From: Bugula neritina
Lineage: Eukaryota; Animalia; Bryozoa
Reading direction: 5' to 3'
Assembly (NCBI GenBank): GCA_964035545.1
Contig: OZ037766.1
Span: 10,964,722-11,028,721, forward strand
DNA: 64,000 nucleotides
Part shown: positions 12,338 to 26,326 of the stretch, one piece after another
Layout of the letters: each line of letters opens with the position of its first letter
Numbering within the stretch: position 1 is the first letter of the stretch
Made by a program: the position numbers and the translations under genes
Notes under the pieces: model-generated
Seen by the model: the letters and a program-made list of their open reading frames with translations, nothing else
What the model was told of the DNA's origin: nothing
The model's database searches: none

Positions 12338-15300
12338 TTATTGCTTGAGCAGTTCTGTAACTTCATCAATGACATTACTGAGGAAACTGGAGTCAGAAGA
12401 TTTACCATCAATACTCAGCAACTCTCCCTTCAATCAAATAATAAGAACATATCAATGCATTTCTCATGAATTCTATTCCAAGATTCACATATATAGAAAA
12501 ACTAAAGGCATCTTTGGTTATAAAAAATCGTCACCAACTACAGAAAAATAACCATAATTATAGCTTCATTTTATTGTCAAATTCATAAGTTTTATGCCTC
12601 ATTTCGTGTTACAAAGTATAGTTAAAACAGTCACCAACCACAGCAACTATAGTGAAACAATGTTTATACCTCAACACTTGTTAGAACACAAATTATTTTA
12701 GCATAACTGGTTTCCACAGTCTGCAACAAGATTACTGGTTCTTTATGACTGTATTGTCTACACACATTGTCTAAAGAGAGCTAACCTGTAGTTTGACTAG
12801 TAAACAGACATGGTGGCCCTGAGTTGAAGAAGCATAAAGGGATGCAGTATTATCCACCTGTTCCACAACTGTAATTAGATAGAAGATTGTTTACTAATAT
12901 TTGAGAATAACATAACTGATGTATGTAACAGACATAGCTTGAACTTTAACCTAAGTAATCTAATGATCAGCATCATCATTGCAGTAACACACCTACTGCT
13001 GCGCAACATATGAATTACAAGGATTCGTCATCGTTGTCAAGAAAAAATAGATGTCAATACACATCAACTTATTTATAGGCATACACTTCAACTTGCTAGG
13101 CTCACTTGGCTTCTTGTTAAACTTTATGAAAATTCAGCACAAATGCGTTTAGCTTGAATAAAATGGTTGCCTCTCAAACATTTTCAAGCCATAAATTTCA
13201 ATCAATTTGCAATGAAAACCATAAAATATAATTTCTTAACGTTTAGACTGTGAAAACAAAATGATTCATCATAATTCCGTATTGCTTAGGAACCCTCCAC
13301 TAGAGTGTTTTGTTCCAAATTCCCAGGGCTCATAATTTAGAACTAGGGGTTCCTTAAGAACCACCCTCATAACTCATGGCATTGCCCATAAGGTAGAATC
13401 AGTAAATTATGCTATCAATAAACTCACCATGTGCGTGTGCATAAAACGAAAGTTTAGCCAGGGTAGTTTTAAAATCAGTTTTTACGGTGAGCCGTTTAGA
13501 ATATTTAGCAGTAAGTTGGCCTTCAGGTGAAAGGAGCTGAGCGAGACTGTCTGCTGAACAGGGCACTGCAACGAGGAAGTCCCGACACGGGATAACTAGA
13601 CGGAAGTCCAACTTCTGCTGGCTGCTTCCTTCTTGGTCCTGAAACATCATAATAAAAATAAAATTGACTGCCGTTGGGTACCTCTGTATAACATTAGGAT
13701 AAAAACATGCTGCAAAACATTAAAATTATTGTAATTAAAATAAAAATTAGTCGTATACATGTATATAATAATCTATATTTAAATGCAAAAATGAAACATG
13801 CAGCGTTTTTCAATATTTCAAAGTCACCGCATCACAAAACTTTGTTTAATACAAATTGATGTTTATCACCCTTGCTAAAATAGGTCCTAGTTTGAACTAA
13901 TAAAGGAATTTTCAACCCCTAGAAAGTTGGCAGGTAATTAAAAGTAGCATAAAAACTTCTGATATTTAGCCATTCCTTCCTCATGACTTAATAACATGAT
14001 ATATAATACAAGTTTATTTGTAAACATAAAACAGAAGCTGAAATATCCAACACCTGGCAATATAAGTACCTTCAAGATATACACTAGGGACAATACAAGT
14101 ACCTTCAAGATATACACTAGGGGCAATACAAGTACCTTCAAGATATACACTAGGGACAATACAAGTACCTTCAAGATATACACTAGGGTTCCTTTAAGCT
14201 TTTGAGGCAAACTTAGACTCTGCACTGAGAAGACAAACTGAGCCTCGTTTCTTACTAATGGCATCAGTTCGAAAGGTACTTTAACAGATGCATCTGAAGT
14301 CTGCAACAGAAAACATGCTACAGTATAAGTTCAAGTACCCAGTCTGTATGAGATGATATGTGTTCAAGTATTAAGCATATAAATGATCACCTTGGCAGTA
14401 TACAGCTACAAGTGAATACAGCATATTAAGCAACTCATCTATTTAATCATAAATATGCATGAACCAACCTCTCTGACCAACTTTGTATTCATGGAATCTA
14501 GAATATTGAAGTCCATAGACTTGAGAGTACAGGAAGAATTCAAATTCTCAAACACAACAGAGACAACCAGGGTGTTGGCCTGCTGCATAGAAACTCTAGC
14601 TTCAAACTCCTACAAAATAAATACATAAAAAATGTTTATTAACTAAAAGATATTCATAGTTAAAGAGATACTAAAATCAGTAATTATAGCTGAAAAAAAT
14701 ATTTATAATAATTCCTTTTTCACAGCTATGCAAAATTACTCGCAGAATATTTAGTTTGCATATTGATATTAGTGCACATTTCAGCATTAAAAATTAAATA
14801 TCAAGGAAAGTGATATTGAGCTTAAGTTGCAATAATATTGTCAAGTTTTAAACCAGCTTGTATGCATTAATGATTTCGCTAATCAGACCAGTTTTTAGAT
14901 ATGAATACAATTATATAAAGTTGGGTATTATATTCTTATATCCAACAGTAAGTAGAGTAGTCATGAACCCGATTAATCTACTATTTTTGTATAAAATTCT
15001 GGCCTATGGCCTTTAGCTATGAGCTGGGAAAGTTCTCATAACCTACCATACTCAAATTCTCATCTGCAGCTAACTTTCTGTAATTGGTGAGGTTCAAGGA
15101 AGATAAATCCTAAAATAATATATAGATTGTATAATCAAATGACCACACAGAAACTGTTACTATTAGGATGTTTACAGAGAGGGCCCAGCCGCCATTATAA
15201 ATGGAAGATGAAAACAAACCATTAACATTATGTGAGTAAGGGTTGTATGATAAATATGCATATGCATATGTACTCTTAACAAAAAAACATTAGAAACCTT

Positions 15301-18300
15301 AGGATAATACATTTATAGAGCCTTACTATTATCATACACCAGTAATACCAGTAATTGCCAATATATTCAGTCTAAAACAAGACTTCATCCAATGAAAAAC
15401 ATTACAAGAAATAGGGAGTGTTTAAATGAGAATTATGATTGCAGTATATCAGTATATAAACTAAGATATTATGACATCTATACCAATATATTAGTTGGAG
15501 TGGCAGTTCCGGACAGGTGCTCTTTGGACGGAGTTGTCACACCTTCAGCAACTTCGTATAGTGATTTGTCTTTACGACGTTTACTTGACTTAGATTTTTT
15601 TTTGTCTCGAGATTTCTCCTTTTTGGAAGTATTCAGGGAAGCCTGTAGAAGTTGTCAAGAGTCAATTATATTTTCCAAGCAAATAGCAAGCAACATATAT
15701 GCTTTGCATCAACAAAAATTACTTTAAACATTGAAAGGCATATTTCTCTTAATTGTAAGCCATATCACATACCAAGTTAATTTTCTATAACAAAATGACT
15801 CCCAAGCTATTTTTAAACATCTGATACTTTTGGTATTTACAAATATACGGAACATTAACTTCAGCTGCGGAACATCTTTAAAGCCCCCAACGAACAGCCT
15901 CCATTCACATACTAACTGATTTGTCCTTGCTACTCACATCATTATTGCCATTGGTCAGCCGAGCAGCAGCTGATTCAACTGTGCTCGAAGAAGTAGCGGG
16001 TGGAGAGAGAAGATCGAGGGCTGAGCTGGGAGTGTCTATGATGCCAGCTTGTGCAAGTTCAGCCGAAAAGCTTTTACTCCCTGATCTCTCTGATTTAGCC
16101 TGTAATCCCAAAACACAAACTTAACTCAGTTGACAGGGTAGCAGGATTACAAAACTGTGCTTTTATAACTCAAACTTTCAGAAACATAAAGCCACAGGCT
16201 TTAATACTTAGTATAAGTATAAAGTATGTATTACAGTTCCATGATTTACTGTAAGGAAAACGCAATAATAGCTGAAAACTGCACTAAGCGATTTAATCAC
16301 ATCACCTGCTTTGATGAGCTTTTCTCTTTCTTCTTTTTCTTCTTCTTTTTCTCAAGTATCGCAGATCCATTGTCAACTGGTTCAGGTAGAACATGGGTTC
16401 CATCTACGCGGTGCTGTCTGGTGGGCAGTTTCTCATCGTCCCGCAACGGTCTGTCAAATACAATGTTATAATATACACCACATGCACCCTATATAGTAGT
16501 ACTGTTAATATATCTTACATACACCTTGTATAGTAATGCTGTCAATATACATTACACACACCTTGTGTAACACTACTGCCAATATATCATACACCAGCAA
16601 ACTAAGCTAAAACAAAGCAGATGACTAGAATGCTAAATTTACAGTTGAACAGTAGGAATATAGAAAATACAAAAAAATTAAAAAAAATTGTAACAATTAA
16701 ATACACGAGTGTCAATATACTATAGAAACAAGTATAACAATATTGTTTTTTATTGGCATGGTTCATTGATGGCTCAGACAATGCATTAAAATACTGGTTA
16801 GCAAGTGCATTGTGGGGGAAACTCACTCATCTAAGTTGATGTCAAGTTTTTTAATTATCTCATCTTTCTGGTCGTCGTCTTCATTATCACTGTCCGCCAC
16901 AGTCATACCCTAAACAACGTGTTAGAGCAATTTACAACCAGACATTATAACATGACAAAGTATCAGAACAGGCAAATGACAAACTTTAACCTAGAAAGGA
17001 TATCTATAGCTTCCACAGAACAATTAAATTGTTAAAAGACCATGCCAGCATTTTCCACAGAACAACTAAAGACCATGCCAGAACCTGGTACTCAGCATAA
17101 AGTTGGTTGAGGTGTATTGAACAGCCTACCTCTGGCATGTCCACCACGCTGCTCACTTGGTGAGTTGGAGAAATGTCATCATCAGACGCTACAGCAGCAG
17201 AAGACTTTTTCTTGCCTTTCTTACTCTTTTTACCTTCTTTTCTAAAGAGTGACATAACACTAATAAAGTCATCATTGCAATTTTTTCTCAAAAAAACTCC
17301 CAGTAAATATTAGTATTACATTGGATGCATTACTTATATTGGGAGTCATTCGAACTTTGTGTGTTAAAATTATGCACAAGGAATAAATATTTCAACTTTG
17401 CATTTTGAAATAAAAACATTTTCAGATTTTTACCGTTTTTGCTTCCGCTTGCTTTTTTCAGCATTCATTGCCTCCAAGTAGTATTTGTCAGAGCTGGCTA
17501 AGCCGTCAAGACCTTTGGACATCTCAATATCCATTCCTATATCCAGCGTCTCTATGGGTATGTCATCCACGTTGATTATTTCTTCAGCCTTTTCAGCTTT
17601 CTGCACAACATAAAACCTTTGGCTAAATATATTTCTTTTCAAGTTCGGAGCTGCACTTTTGTAAGTCATGATCATCCACTGTATTATATTATGTTAAGTC
17701 ACTGTATAATATGTCAAGTCACTGTATAATATGTCAAGTCACTACATAACTAGGCAACCGAACATCAATATTTCCATATTATGTAGGACACAGTTACTGA
17801 GAATAATGTAAGCTACGTTTAGGGAGTAAAGAAGATTTTCACATGGACACACCCTGGGACTGGGACCACCAAGTTTAAGGTAGTGAGGGTTGCTAGCTTG
17901 AGCCTGAAGCCGGGCTTCTCTCTGTGCCTTCAGCTCTTCTTCTGATAGCTCTTTCGCCTTACGTCTCTTTTTCTCAGATTCACCACTTCAAAGTGCAGCA
18001 AGAAACCCTCAACACTCATACACAGCATAATAATAGCATGCCTTGTATTTATAACTTAACACAATACCAGCAAAAGATAACACACACAGGTGATGGTTAT
18101 TATTATCATTGTACCAGCATTATTATCTTATCAACTGCTGTTTCAAATCACACATTTACTTGTATGCATACATGTGCCACTGTGTAAAAATCCTATTAAC
18201 CAACACTAGTAACAAAACTAGTAAAAATGAGTTAATATTTCAATAGTTATAAAGATGATTTGTATTTATAACAATATAATTAGTAGTTAATGCTAGTTAA

Positions 18301-21300
18301 TGGTAGTCAATAGCAGTTAGTGGTAGTTATTGGACAAAGCAAGTACTGGCTTTTTCGATGGATAGTACATACCGCAACACACTGTCATCCTTTCCACTAG
18401 AAAATATACTAGCTTTATTCTGAACTTCCACTGGCTTAGAGGGAGGCTTGTTTATCCACTGATCCAAGTCTAGGCTACAATAGCAACTCCCATAACTCAA
18501 TCTATTTATACAAGCTGACATTTGATTTATATTTTCAACTAAACTCTGCGAGAATGAAAATTCACTTTGTATCAGATGCTATTCACTGAGAAATCCTACC
18601 CTTCTGGTATGGGAACTTTCTTCTGAGCTTTGGCTGCTACAGGATTCAGATCTCCAGCAAACAAGAAGGAGACCTCTTCGCTAACTGGCACTCCTTTGTC
18701 TAGTAACTTATGGATATATTTCAACAGCTGTAGAGCACTGCAAGCCTACCAAGTAGACATAAAGATGGCTACTCCAACATAACTATGACATTTGATAACA
18801 ATGTTCACATTTGGGCTGTCCTCACCCACCTCCTCTCTGTCCTGTTCAGACATTTGAGGCGTGGTGCAAGGAAATCGTGTGTTTAAACCATACTAAATTA
18901 CTTATTCAACACAATTTGCCAGGTATGTTTTTAATATGCTATTAGCTATTATATAGTAAACTAACTGCAACACAACATAACTCTATGGTCAAAACCAAAT
19001 GATTAACCTATGAAAACAGCAGACTATTACATACCCTTTCCTGCACCTCCAAGTCTGAACTCTGAGCAAACATTGGCAGCTTATCCAAAAGTATTTGACC
19101 AACTTGTCTAACTTTTGCTTCATCTCCATCCGCCTCAGCTTTCATGATGATGGCGGAGTAAAGTTTGACTATGTTTTGTACAAATACACTCTGCACATGA
19201 CCCGGTAGGGATGTAACTTTTGGTTTAAACATGGCCTCAAGGCTCTCCAGTGGGTTTGGTAACAACCTGGTAACAGAGTTCATACATACTTTTATACAAA
19301 ACTGTCTATTAGTTGTATTCAATCATGACGAGACAAATGACTAAAAACTAAGTATACGCTACTATATAACTCAGTCAATGTTATCACTATTAGAAGTTAT
19401 CAAAAACTCACTCTGCATATTCACCACAGAGCCACGCAGCAGCAAATAAGATTTCACAAATCCCTTTGCGCTGTGAATTGTGGGCAAAGAGATGGGAATT
19501 TTCTAGAAGAATGGCCATCTGCCCGACAGCAAACTTCCTGATAGCCACAACCCTTATGGCTACGTCCATCATGTGATCAGCAAGTAGTTTACCATGTTGT
19601 GTGTCTTTCATCTTAGTTAATTCAACCAGAACACTGACGTACCACTCAAAGTTGACCACATGCTATAATCAAACATAGGCCTACTTTATAATTACATGAC
19701 ACAGCATATTGTGACACACTGTGAGTATAGACTATAGATAGTAGCTGTGTATTGTATTATTTTGTGTTATATTGTATTCATTTTGACCCTTCAATCACTG
19801 ACTAATGCTTTCTTGTTACAATCTGCACTTGCATCATTTGCAATTCCACAAACAAAGTGCATGTTTCTTTTGCAATCCTGACTCTAACCTCTACCCTGCA
19901 TCCCGTAGATTGATGCTCATCACAGAATATCATCTCATATTATCAAAGATTTAATAGTATATAGTATAGTATTATGCTACAACTATACAAACTTACACAG
20001 AAAAAACTGCTTGAATATAATGTATGCTTACATGTGTATATTGGTATCATCACACATTGTGCACTACTGAGATGAAAATAAAGTATGGCAAAAGTCAGCC
20101 AATAAAGTGATTGAAGGAAACAGCATATAAATCAGATGGTCATACATAGTTGTGGGACACAAAAGTATTGCTTTATGATGGGAATAGAAAAAGTTTATAG
20201 CAATAGTATTCAGTACTTTCAGTGCTAGGAAAAACTTTACAAGTAGACAAACATTGAAAGAAACATAGAAGACGGCAGAAAACAAAAGAGCGTAAGTAGT
20301 TGAGTAAACACTAACAGGATACCGTACCTGATAGTTATTCTGGGTACAGATTTCAATTACTTTATTCATCAGCTCATCTCTGTAAGTAGTGCCTTCGGCT
20401 TTCTCCATATGCACCATTAGTTTCCTGACAATCTCCATCAGGTTCTTCTTTGACACCTGATACGGAAAATGCACTATAAATTTTAGTACATTGTAAAAAT
20501 GAGTTTTCCGTCACACTACTTTTTTATACAGAGCAGTACAAATATAATAGAGGTCAAGGCAACTGAACATGTAGATTCAGAATTACAGTGTTTTTATTGT
20601 AGAACTAGCACATTGTTAAAGAATAAATAGTTTGACTATGCAAGAAGACGATCACATTCTAAACCGAAACCAAAACAAAATAGATAAATACAAGCCAATC
20701 AAGCACAAATCTACAGCTTTAAGTTCAATAAAGTGCAAATATGATACATGGAAATATAGTGAAAATCAATATAGACTGAATAGAGAATTGAAAAAAGAAA
20801 TTTACACCAACAGTAGCAAGCTGACAAAGTTAAGACTAGGAAAGATGACCCTACATCTATAACTTATATGTCATATGATGCGCAACAACTCACCATTCCA
20901 TAAAGCAGATCTAAAGCTCTCAGTCTAATACTTTCGTCTCTGTCATCTAAACACTGTAGCACCAGATCTTTGTGCGCTTGCACACTTTTGGGGTGAGACT
21001 TTAAAATTTTCCCAAATGCCAATAGCCCTAAATACTTCACTACAATACCATACAGTAGATTCATTTAATTTGCTGATTGACAGCTTCACCTCTAGTCCCT
21101 GTCTAATCATACTTTTACCGGTAAACTAATGTAAGTACAATCATTCACATCACATCAAAAGTTTAAATTCTAAGTGAACATATAGCTCACAATTTGCACG
21201 AAAACCGGAAAGGTTTAGAGCAGAATTTTCAACACCTGTAAAGTGCAAGGTTTGTACTGTGAATAATTTTTCAGCCCGACTTTCATGAAACAAACTCATA

Positions 21301-24300
21301 AAATTGCAAAGAATAACCTGATGTACATTGACAGTACACTATGCTCATCAAACACATGACCAACTGTAGAGATGCTGGTATCATGGATACATAGTATCAT
21401 TTCAATTGAGAGATTCTGTTTAAATAGGCATGCTTTACCAAGTTGAGTCTTGCAGATGAGGATAAAAGCAAATAATAAACTTTAAAAAACACCTTATTGT
21501 AGTAACAGAGTGTTTGTTAAAGTTATTTTCATTCTGTTACCACACAACAACTGCTAATTTCTAATGGAACTGTCCAACCATTAACATGGTTAACTCCGCG
21601 GGAGTGAGTGACTGTATCAGTGAGTTTTATTTAAAACTCACCAAAGACATATAGATATTCTATTGCCTTATATTATTCCAACTCTGTGTACATATAAGAG
21701 TACACTACTTCAACATAATAGTGAAAGAACAACCTGATTTTTTATTGACTTTTTTGAGTCGTTAGCCAATTATTTAGCTACTGTTGCATGGCTGGATACA
21801 CATGAAATAGTACTTACAGTTTTGATCCGAGTCTTCAATGAGAACTCTTAGCTTCTGTACACACAACTGAACTGAAGTTGTATGATTAGGGAGGTCTGTA
21901 GAAATGGACACGAGCACTAAACAATAAGCATCAATATTTTAAATCTCCTTCAGTTTTACATATCTTATAATGAAAGATATTTGACATAACATACGTATCA
22001 ATTTATACGAATACAAGTGTAAGTGATAGAACAGTTGTTGAGAAACCAGGTATGTCAAAGGCAAACCAGCACTACAAATGTACGGTGGATAACATCACCA
22101 AACACACTAACCGGCTATGACTGTGTTGATACACTCGTAGAGTAGTGACATTGCAGAAGTGCTGTGTATTAAGTTTGTCAGCGGTTCTATTAACTTCTTG
22201 CCTAGCCTTGGCTCCAACGGAGTCAATGCTCCAAACTACAAGATACGTATTTATACAGATCACAGAAAAATTAGAGGAACCTATTCTCATGGCATTTCAT
22301 CAAATAGCCAACCTTGTAAGCTGTATAAACAACCTACTTATGTGAAAAAATTTGGTGATATTATGACAGTTTAGTGACAAAACAATTTTTTAACCACATC
22401 TTTGCGTCACTCATTGGTCGTACTTTACACTGTATAATGCGAAACAGAACAAAAACTTACGAGTTTGATTATTTTAATAAGCATCCAGTTATTGGAAGAG
22501 TTGGTCATGAGCTTAAAGAATGTAGGTGCAAGAGATAAATAATTCTTTGGGTTTTTCCTTGCTAACTCGCATATGACGTTGACAGCGGCACACTGTACTC
22601 CTGTAAGCATCATACATCAACATGTGATAAAAAATAGTACAAGCATTGAAAACCAACATTAATCTGAAAGAACTAACCTCATATCACATACCATTTGATA
22701 TGAAATGATATTAAAAACGAAACAAAAAGATAAAACATTTTGACGTAAGTTTAAATTTACTGAAATCTTACAACTAAAAGCTCAATTATTGATATAATGA
22801 TGCTTGCTAAGTTATGGAAAGCAAACAATTTACCGGGGTCAGTGTCTTCAAGTCTTTCCTTAAGCCGAGGAAAAGAAGGTCTCAATGCATCAGGATAGTT
22901 GAGATAAATTTTATACATCAGCAGTATAGCCTTTTTCCTGAGGTATGGTCTAGTAGAAGTCATCTGCAATTATTAGGCTCAGATATGTAAATAGCTGTTT
23001 ATGTTTATAAGATTATGAGAAAATGAAAACATTAAGCATTGTCACAAACAATACATGAATTTGTTTTAAAACTCATGATACAATTGATACTAAATGAATT
23101 ATATATAATAAACAGTGGGTTTGTCTGAATTTTAAAAGTTTGATTAACCTCTCGACAGAATTTTGTCAGCATGCGTGAGTTAGTTCAGATAATCAAAGAA
23201 AAAACTTCAATGATACAATATCTTTTATACAAGATTCATTTTGACTCTCGAGTTTGAATACTTGGAATTTACATACGAGTATATTTACCAGAAGTAAAGA
23301 AAGGTTAAGTTAACATAATCTTACTCATGCCACAAATAAGATGTGTTACGAAAAATGTAATAGCTGAATTTTTAAGAAACACTCACTAAAGACATTATGT
23401 CATTAGCCAGATCTTGAGCTAAATCAGGAGTGGTGAAACATGCCAGTCCAGAGAGAGCAACGCCCGAGTCATACATCTGTGAACTACATATATCCTACAA
23501 CAATAATGCAGTGTAGAGGTCTTGTTAAGAAAGCTGTAAATATCATTCAACTATAACAAATCATTGGACACATCAATAACAAGTTACAAAAACTCAGATA
23601 CTTTCTTTTAAAGAACTGCTCAGCAGCAGTTTACAATGTGTAATGTTAAATTGACTTACTTTTCTGATCATATTTGTAGCAAGCATGAGTACATCTGTGT
23701 CAGCATGAAAACTCTGAGATGCTGTGAGATAGCCGATTCTCTAAAGAACAAATCAAATTTGTGAAACGTTTTACACAAAAACATAAATAGTGATGAATAA
23801 TTCTTTACCATATTGAAACAAAATGGAAAAAACATAGCTTACCTTCTGAGTAAACTTGCTTGAACTCATGACTTCAATGATGTTGAATGCAGCCCAGCTG
23901 ATTTCATATCCAAGCATTTGAAGCTAAATATAATACCAATAAGTTTTTGTCAGAAATATTCACAGCTCGGTTTAAAGCTACATCTTTATGAAAACTTGGA
24001 AGACAAGGGTTACAGATTTTAATCAGAAATACCGATTTTATAAATGTCATTACCAATTTCTCAATGCAACTTTTCAATAGTTTTAAAGAGTGGATTTTCT
24101 GGTTAAATCATCACAACAGAGACAAACCAATGACCAACACAAATAGCCAGCCTCTATTCTGTTACTCACATAAAGTAGTTTTCCAACAGCATTGGATTTA
24201 GCCTGATGGTCTCCAGATTTCAACTCCTGTTTGATCTCATCCAAACAATCGGAAATATACTTGGACTACAAATATTTGCAGCAGCATCAGCAACTATGCA

Positions 24301-25880
24301 CTAGAATATATAGAGAGCAACTAATAATGAAAGATGAAACAAAAAAATTGTAGCTACACCAGCTTCTTCGCTTTGGAAAATTTTCCCAGGATAAAATTTA
24401 AATATAACACCAACAAATTACATTGCCCTTATTTAATATTTTCAAACAAGTTCATTTATTAAACAAATCCAAATGATTACTAAAATTATGTTGTCAATTT
24501 TCCTTTTGCTCTACTCCAAGTTTATTAGTCCACATTAAATCTGGATAAAATGCGAATCTAAGTATGAATTTATGTTAGGCTAACCATAAAATAATTGATT
24601 AGTGACTACCACAAAATAATAATGTTAAGTATGGGATCGAATTTAGACGAAATTGATAAAAGTAGACGTGATAATAAATTAATAATTATTGTTACTCAGT
24701 TACTCCTTATTAATATCAAATATAAAATAATTATTCATATCACATTAAATTTTGTTTAATGGCACTGTATAATATTGAACCAACTAGATTTAAACGGGTA
24801 ACTATAAACAGCTGTAAAAGTAAACTTGATGCTCAATTATCAAAATCAAACATAATAACTCTAATCAAAGTTAACATGAACTACAAGCAACATAAATGTC
24901 AATTTATTTGAATTTTATTAATAAAAACAAAATAAATGCTCACACAGAGTTAAAACCAAATGAAAAAATTATAAATAGTAAGAATAAAACATAAATTATA
25001 TAAATGATGACTTGTATAGCTATTAGTTTAATCATATCTGTAATACTCAATCATTATGATTATGATTACACTTCCATTGGTTATGAATATTAATCATTGC
25101 TATGAGTATGAGTATGATACACATTATCACTGTGAGTGAGACTGAGTATCATGTACCATTATCTAACTAAAACTGCATTGCTAAGTGACTAATAATAAAA
25201 CCAACAGTGTATGAGCCTATAACAAAAAGCATCAGTATCGAAATGTTCAATATTTATACTATACTTAACATATTCATCTTATAGTTCAACTGTAAGTGTT
25301 AAGACTTGCAGTAGCACATTGTGAGTGTACTTGTAGTTGTAGTACTAGTACTAGTAGTAATAGTAGTACTAGTACTAGTAGTAATAGTAGTACTAGTACT
25401 AGTAGTAATACTAATAGTAATAGTAGTTGCCATAATGCAAATACCTGTGTAACTCTTAATTATCATATTAATAATTTAGTAATTGAAAGCAATGCACCAA
25501 GACCTGGGCAATCGGTAACAGTACATGTACTTGTAGTAGTAGCAGTATTAATGCTACTAATAGTAATACTAATAGTAATAGAATAGTAATACCAACAGTA
25601 ATAGTAATAGAATAGTAATACTAATACTTTAAGTTTAACTTGTACTTATAGTTAAATAAGTTATACTACTACTAGTACTAGTAATTGTAGTGGTAAAAAC
25701 GATCGATTTATTGATAAATTACTAAATTATCATTGATATTAAAATAAAATGCAAGCTAACAGCAGAGAGCTCAAAAATACACACCTCTTCATCTTTATGA
25801 TTTCTTATTCCTCGAACCAGATCTTGCATATTTTTATCCAACACACGGTCAATATTCATTTTAACACGCTTAAGCGCCAT
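12338..25880 (-). CDS. AP3D1: AP-3 complex subunit delta-1
   Basis: Starts MALKRVKMNIDRVLDKNMQDLVRGIRNHKDEE (25880-25785); further exons 24265-24170, 23923-23843, 23740-23660, 23494-23387, 22963-22834, 22600-22461, 22235-22112 and so on to a last exon 12427-12338 (about 28 coding exons). Motifs ELARKNPKNYLSLAP, NNWMLIKIIKL, DESIRLRALDLLYGM, NFEWYVSVLVEL, SSDLEVQER. Confidence 0.98.
14058..14189. repeat. 4 x 33-bp tandem repeat spanning an AP3D1 exon/intron boundary
   Basis: Unit CAATACAAGTACCTTCAAGATATACACTAGGGN starting at 14058, 14091, 14124, 14157. Confidence 0.95.
17691..17750. repeat. 3 x 20-bp intronic minisatellite
   Basis: ATGT(T/C)AAGTCACTGTATAAT repeated three times, last copy degenerate. 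Confidence 0.8.
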
Positions 25881-26326
25881 TTTCAGTTTTTATGCTGAAA
25901 GATAGTTGTCAAAAATGTGGAGAAAACTTGTACTACGCTGAAAACTTTTCTTCTACTATCACAATCTGAATCTTCATTCTACAACAAGATGAATGAGATA
26001 ACACCATTAATCAAAGTGATTGCGGGTTCAAAGCCGAAGTGGGCAAATCGGAAGAACGGAAATTATGGCTGTAGGGTTTGATCATGTGATCAGCCACGAC
26101 GTATAGCTTTCTTACCTCCTATCGCTATCTCGTCATGTGACCTTTATTTTGTTTAGATATTCTCTTGGATACACTACCGTTACAGGCACATTTTTCAAGG
26201 TTTGATGCCGTGTCGATAATTTTCCATGTGCGTGGGATTGGAAAACTCATTTTTAAAATTGAGAATAAGTTATAAATTTTAGTGTGAGCTTTATGTTGGT
26301 TTAGTAATTTTATGTTTGATGTGATC
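25881..26326. promoter_or_regulatory. Bidirectional promoter AP3D1/SPATA1
   Basis: 446 bp between divergent ATGs; CpG-containing; CGGAA ETS-like motifs near 26049-26061; TCATGTGA boxes at 26082 and 26133. Confidence 0.7.

Noticed and set aside
14058-14189. CRISPR-like 33-bp repeats
   Set aside because: Head-to-tail units without spacers in a eukaryotic gene.
18172-18179. Apparent 8-nt AP3D1 microexon (TTTACACAG|TGGCACAT|GTATGC on the minus strand)
   Set aside because: The flanking exons (ending 18373, starting 17985) already join in frame; inclusion would frameshift.
25296-25586. 96-aa Ser/Thr-rich ORF with a hydrophobic tail (similarly 58715-58897)
   Set aside because: Translation of the periodic low-complexity intron sequence; non-ATG start and no splice support.
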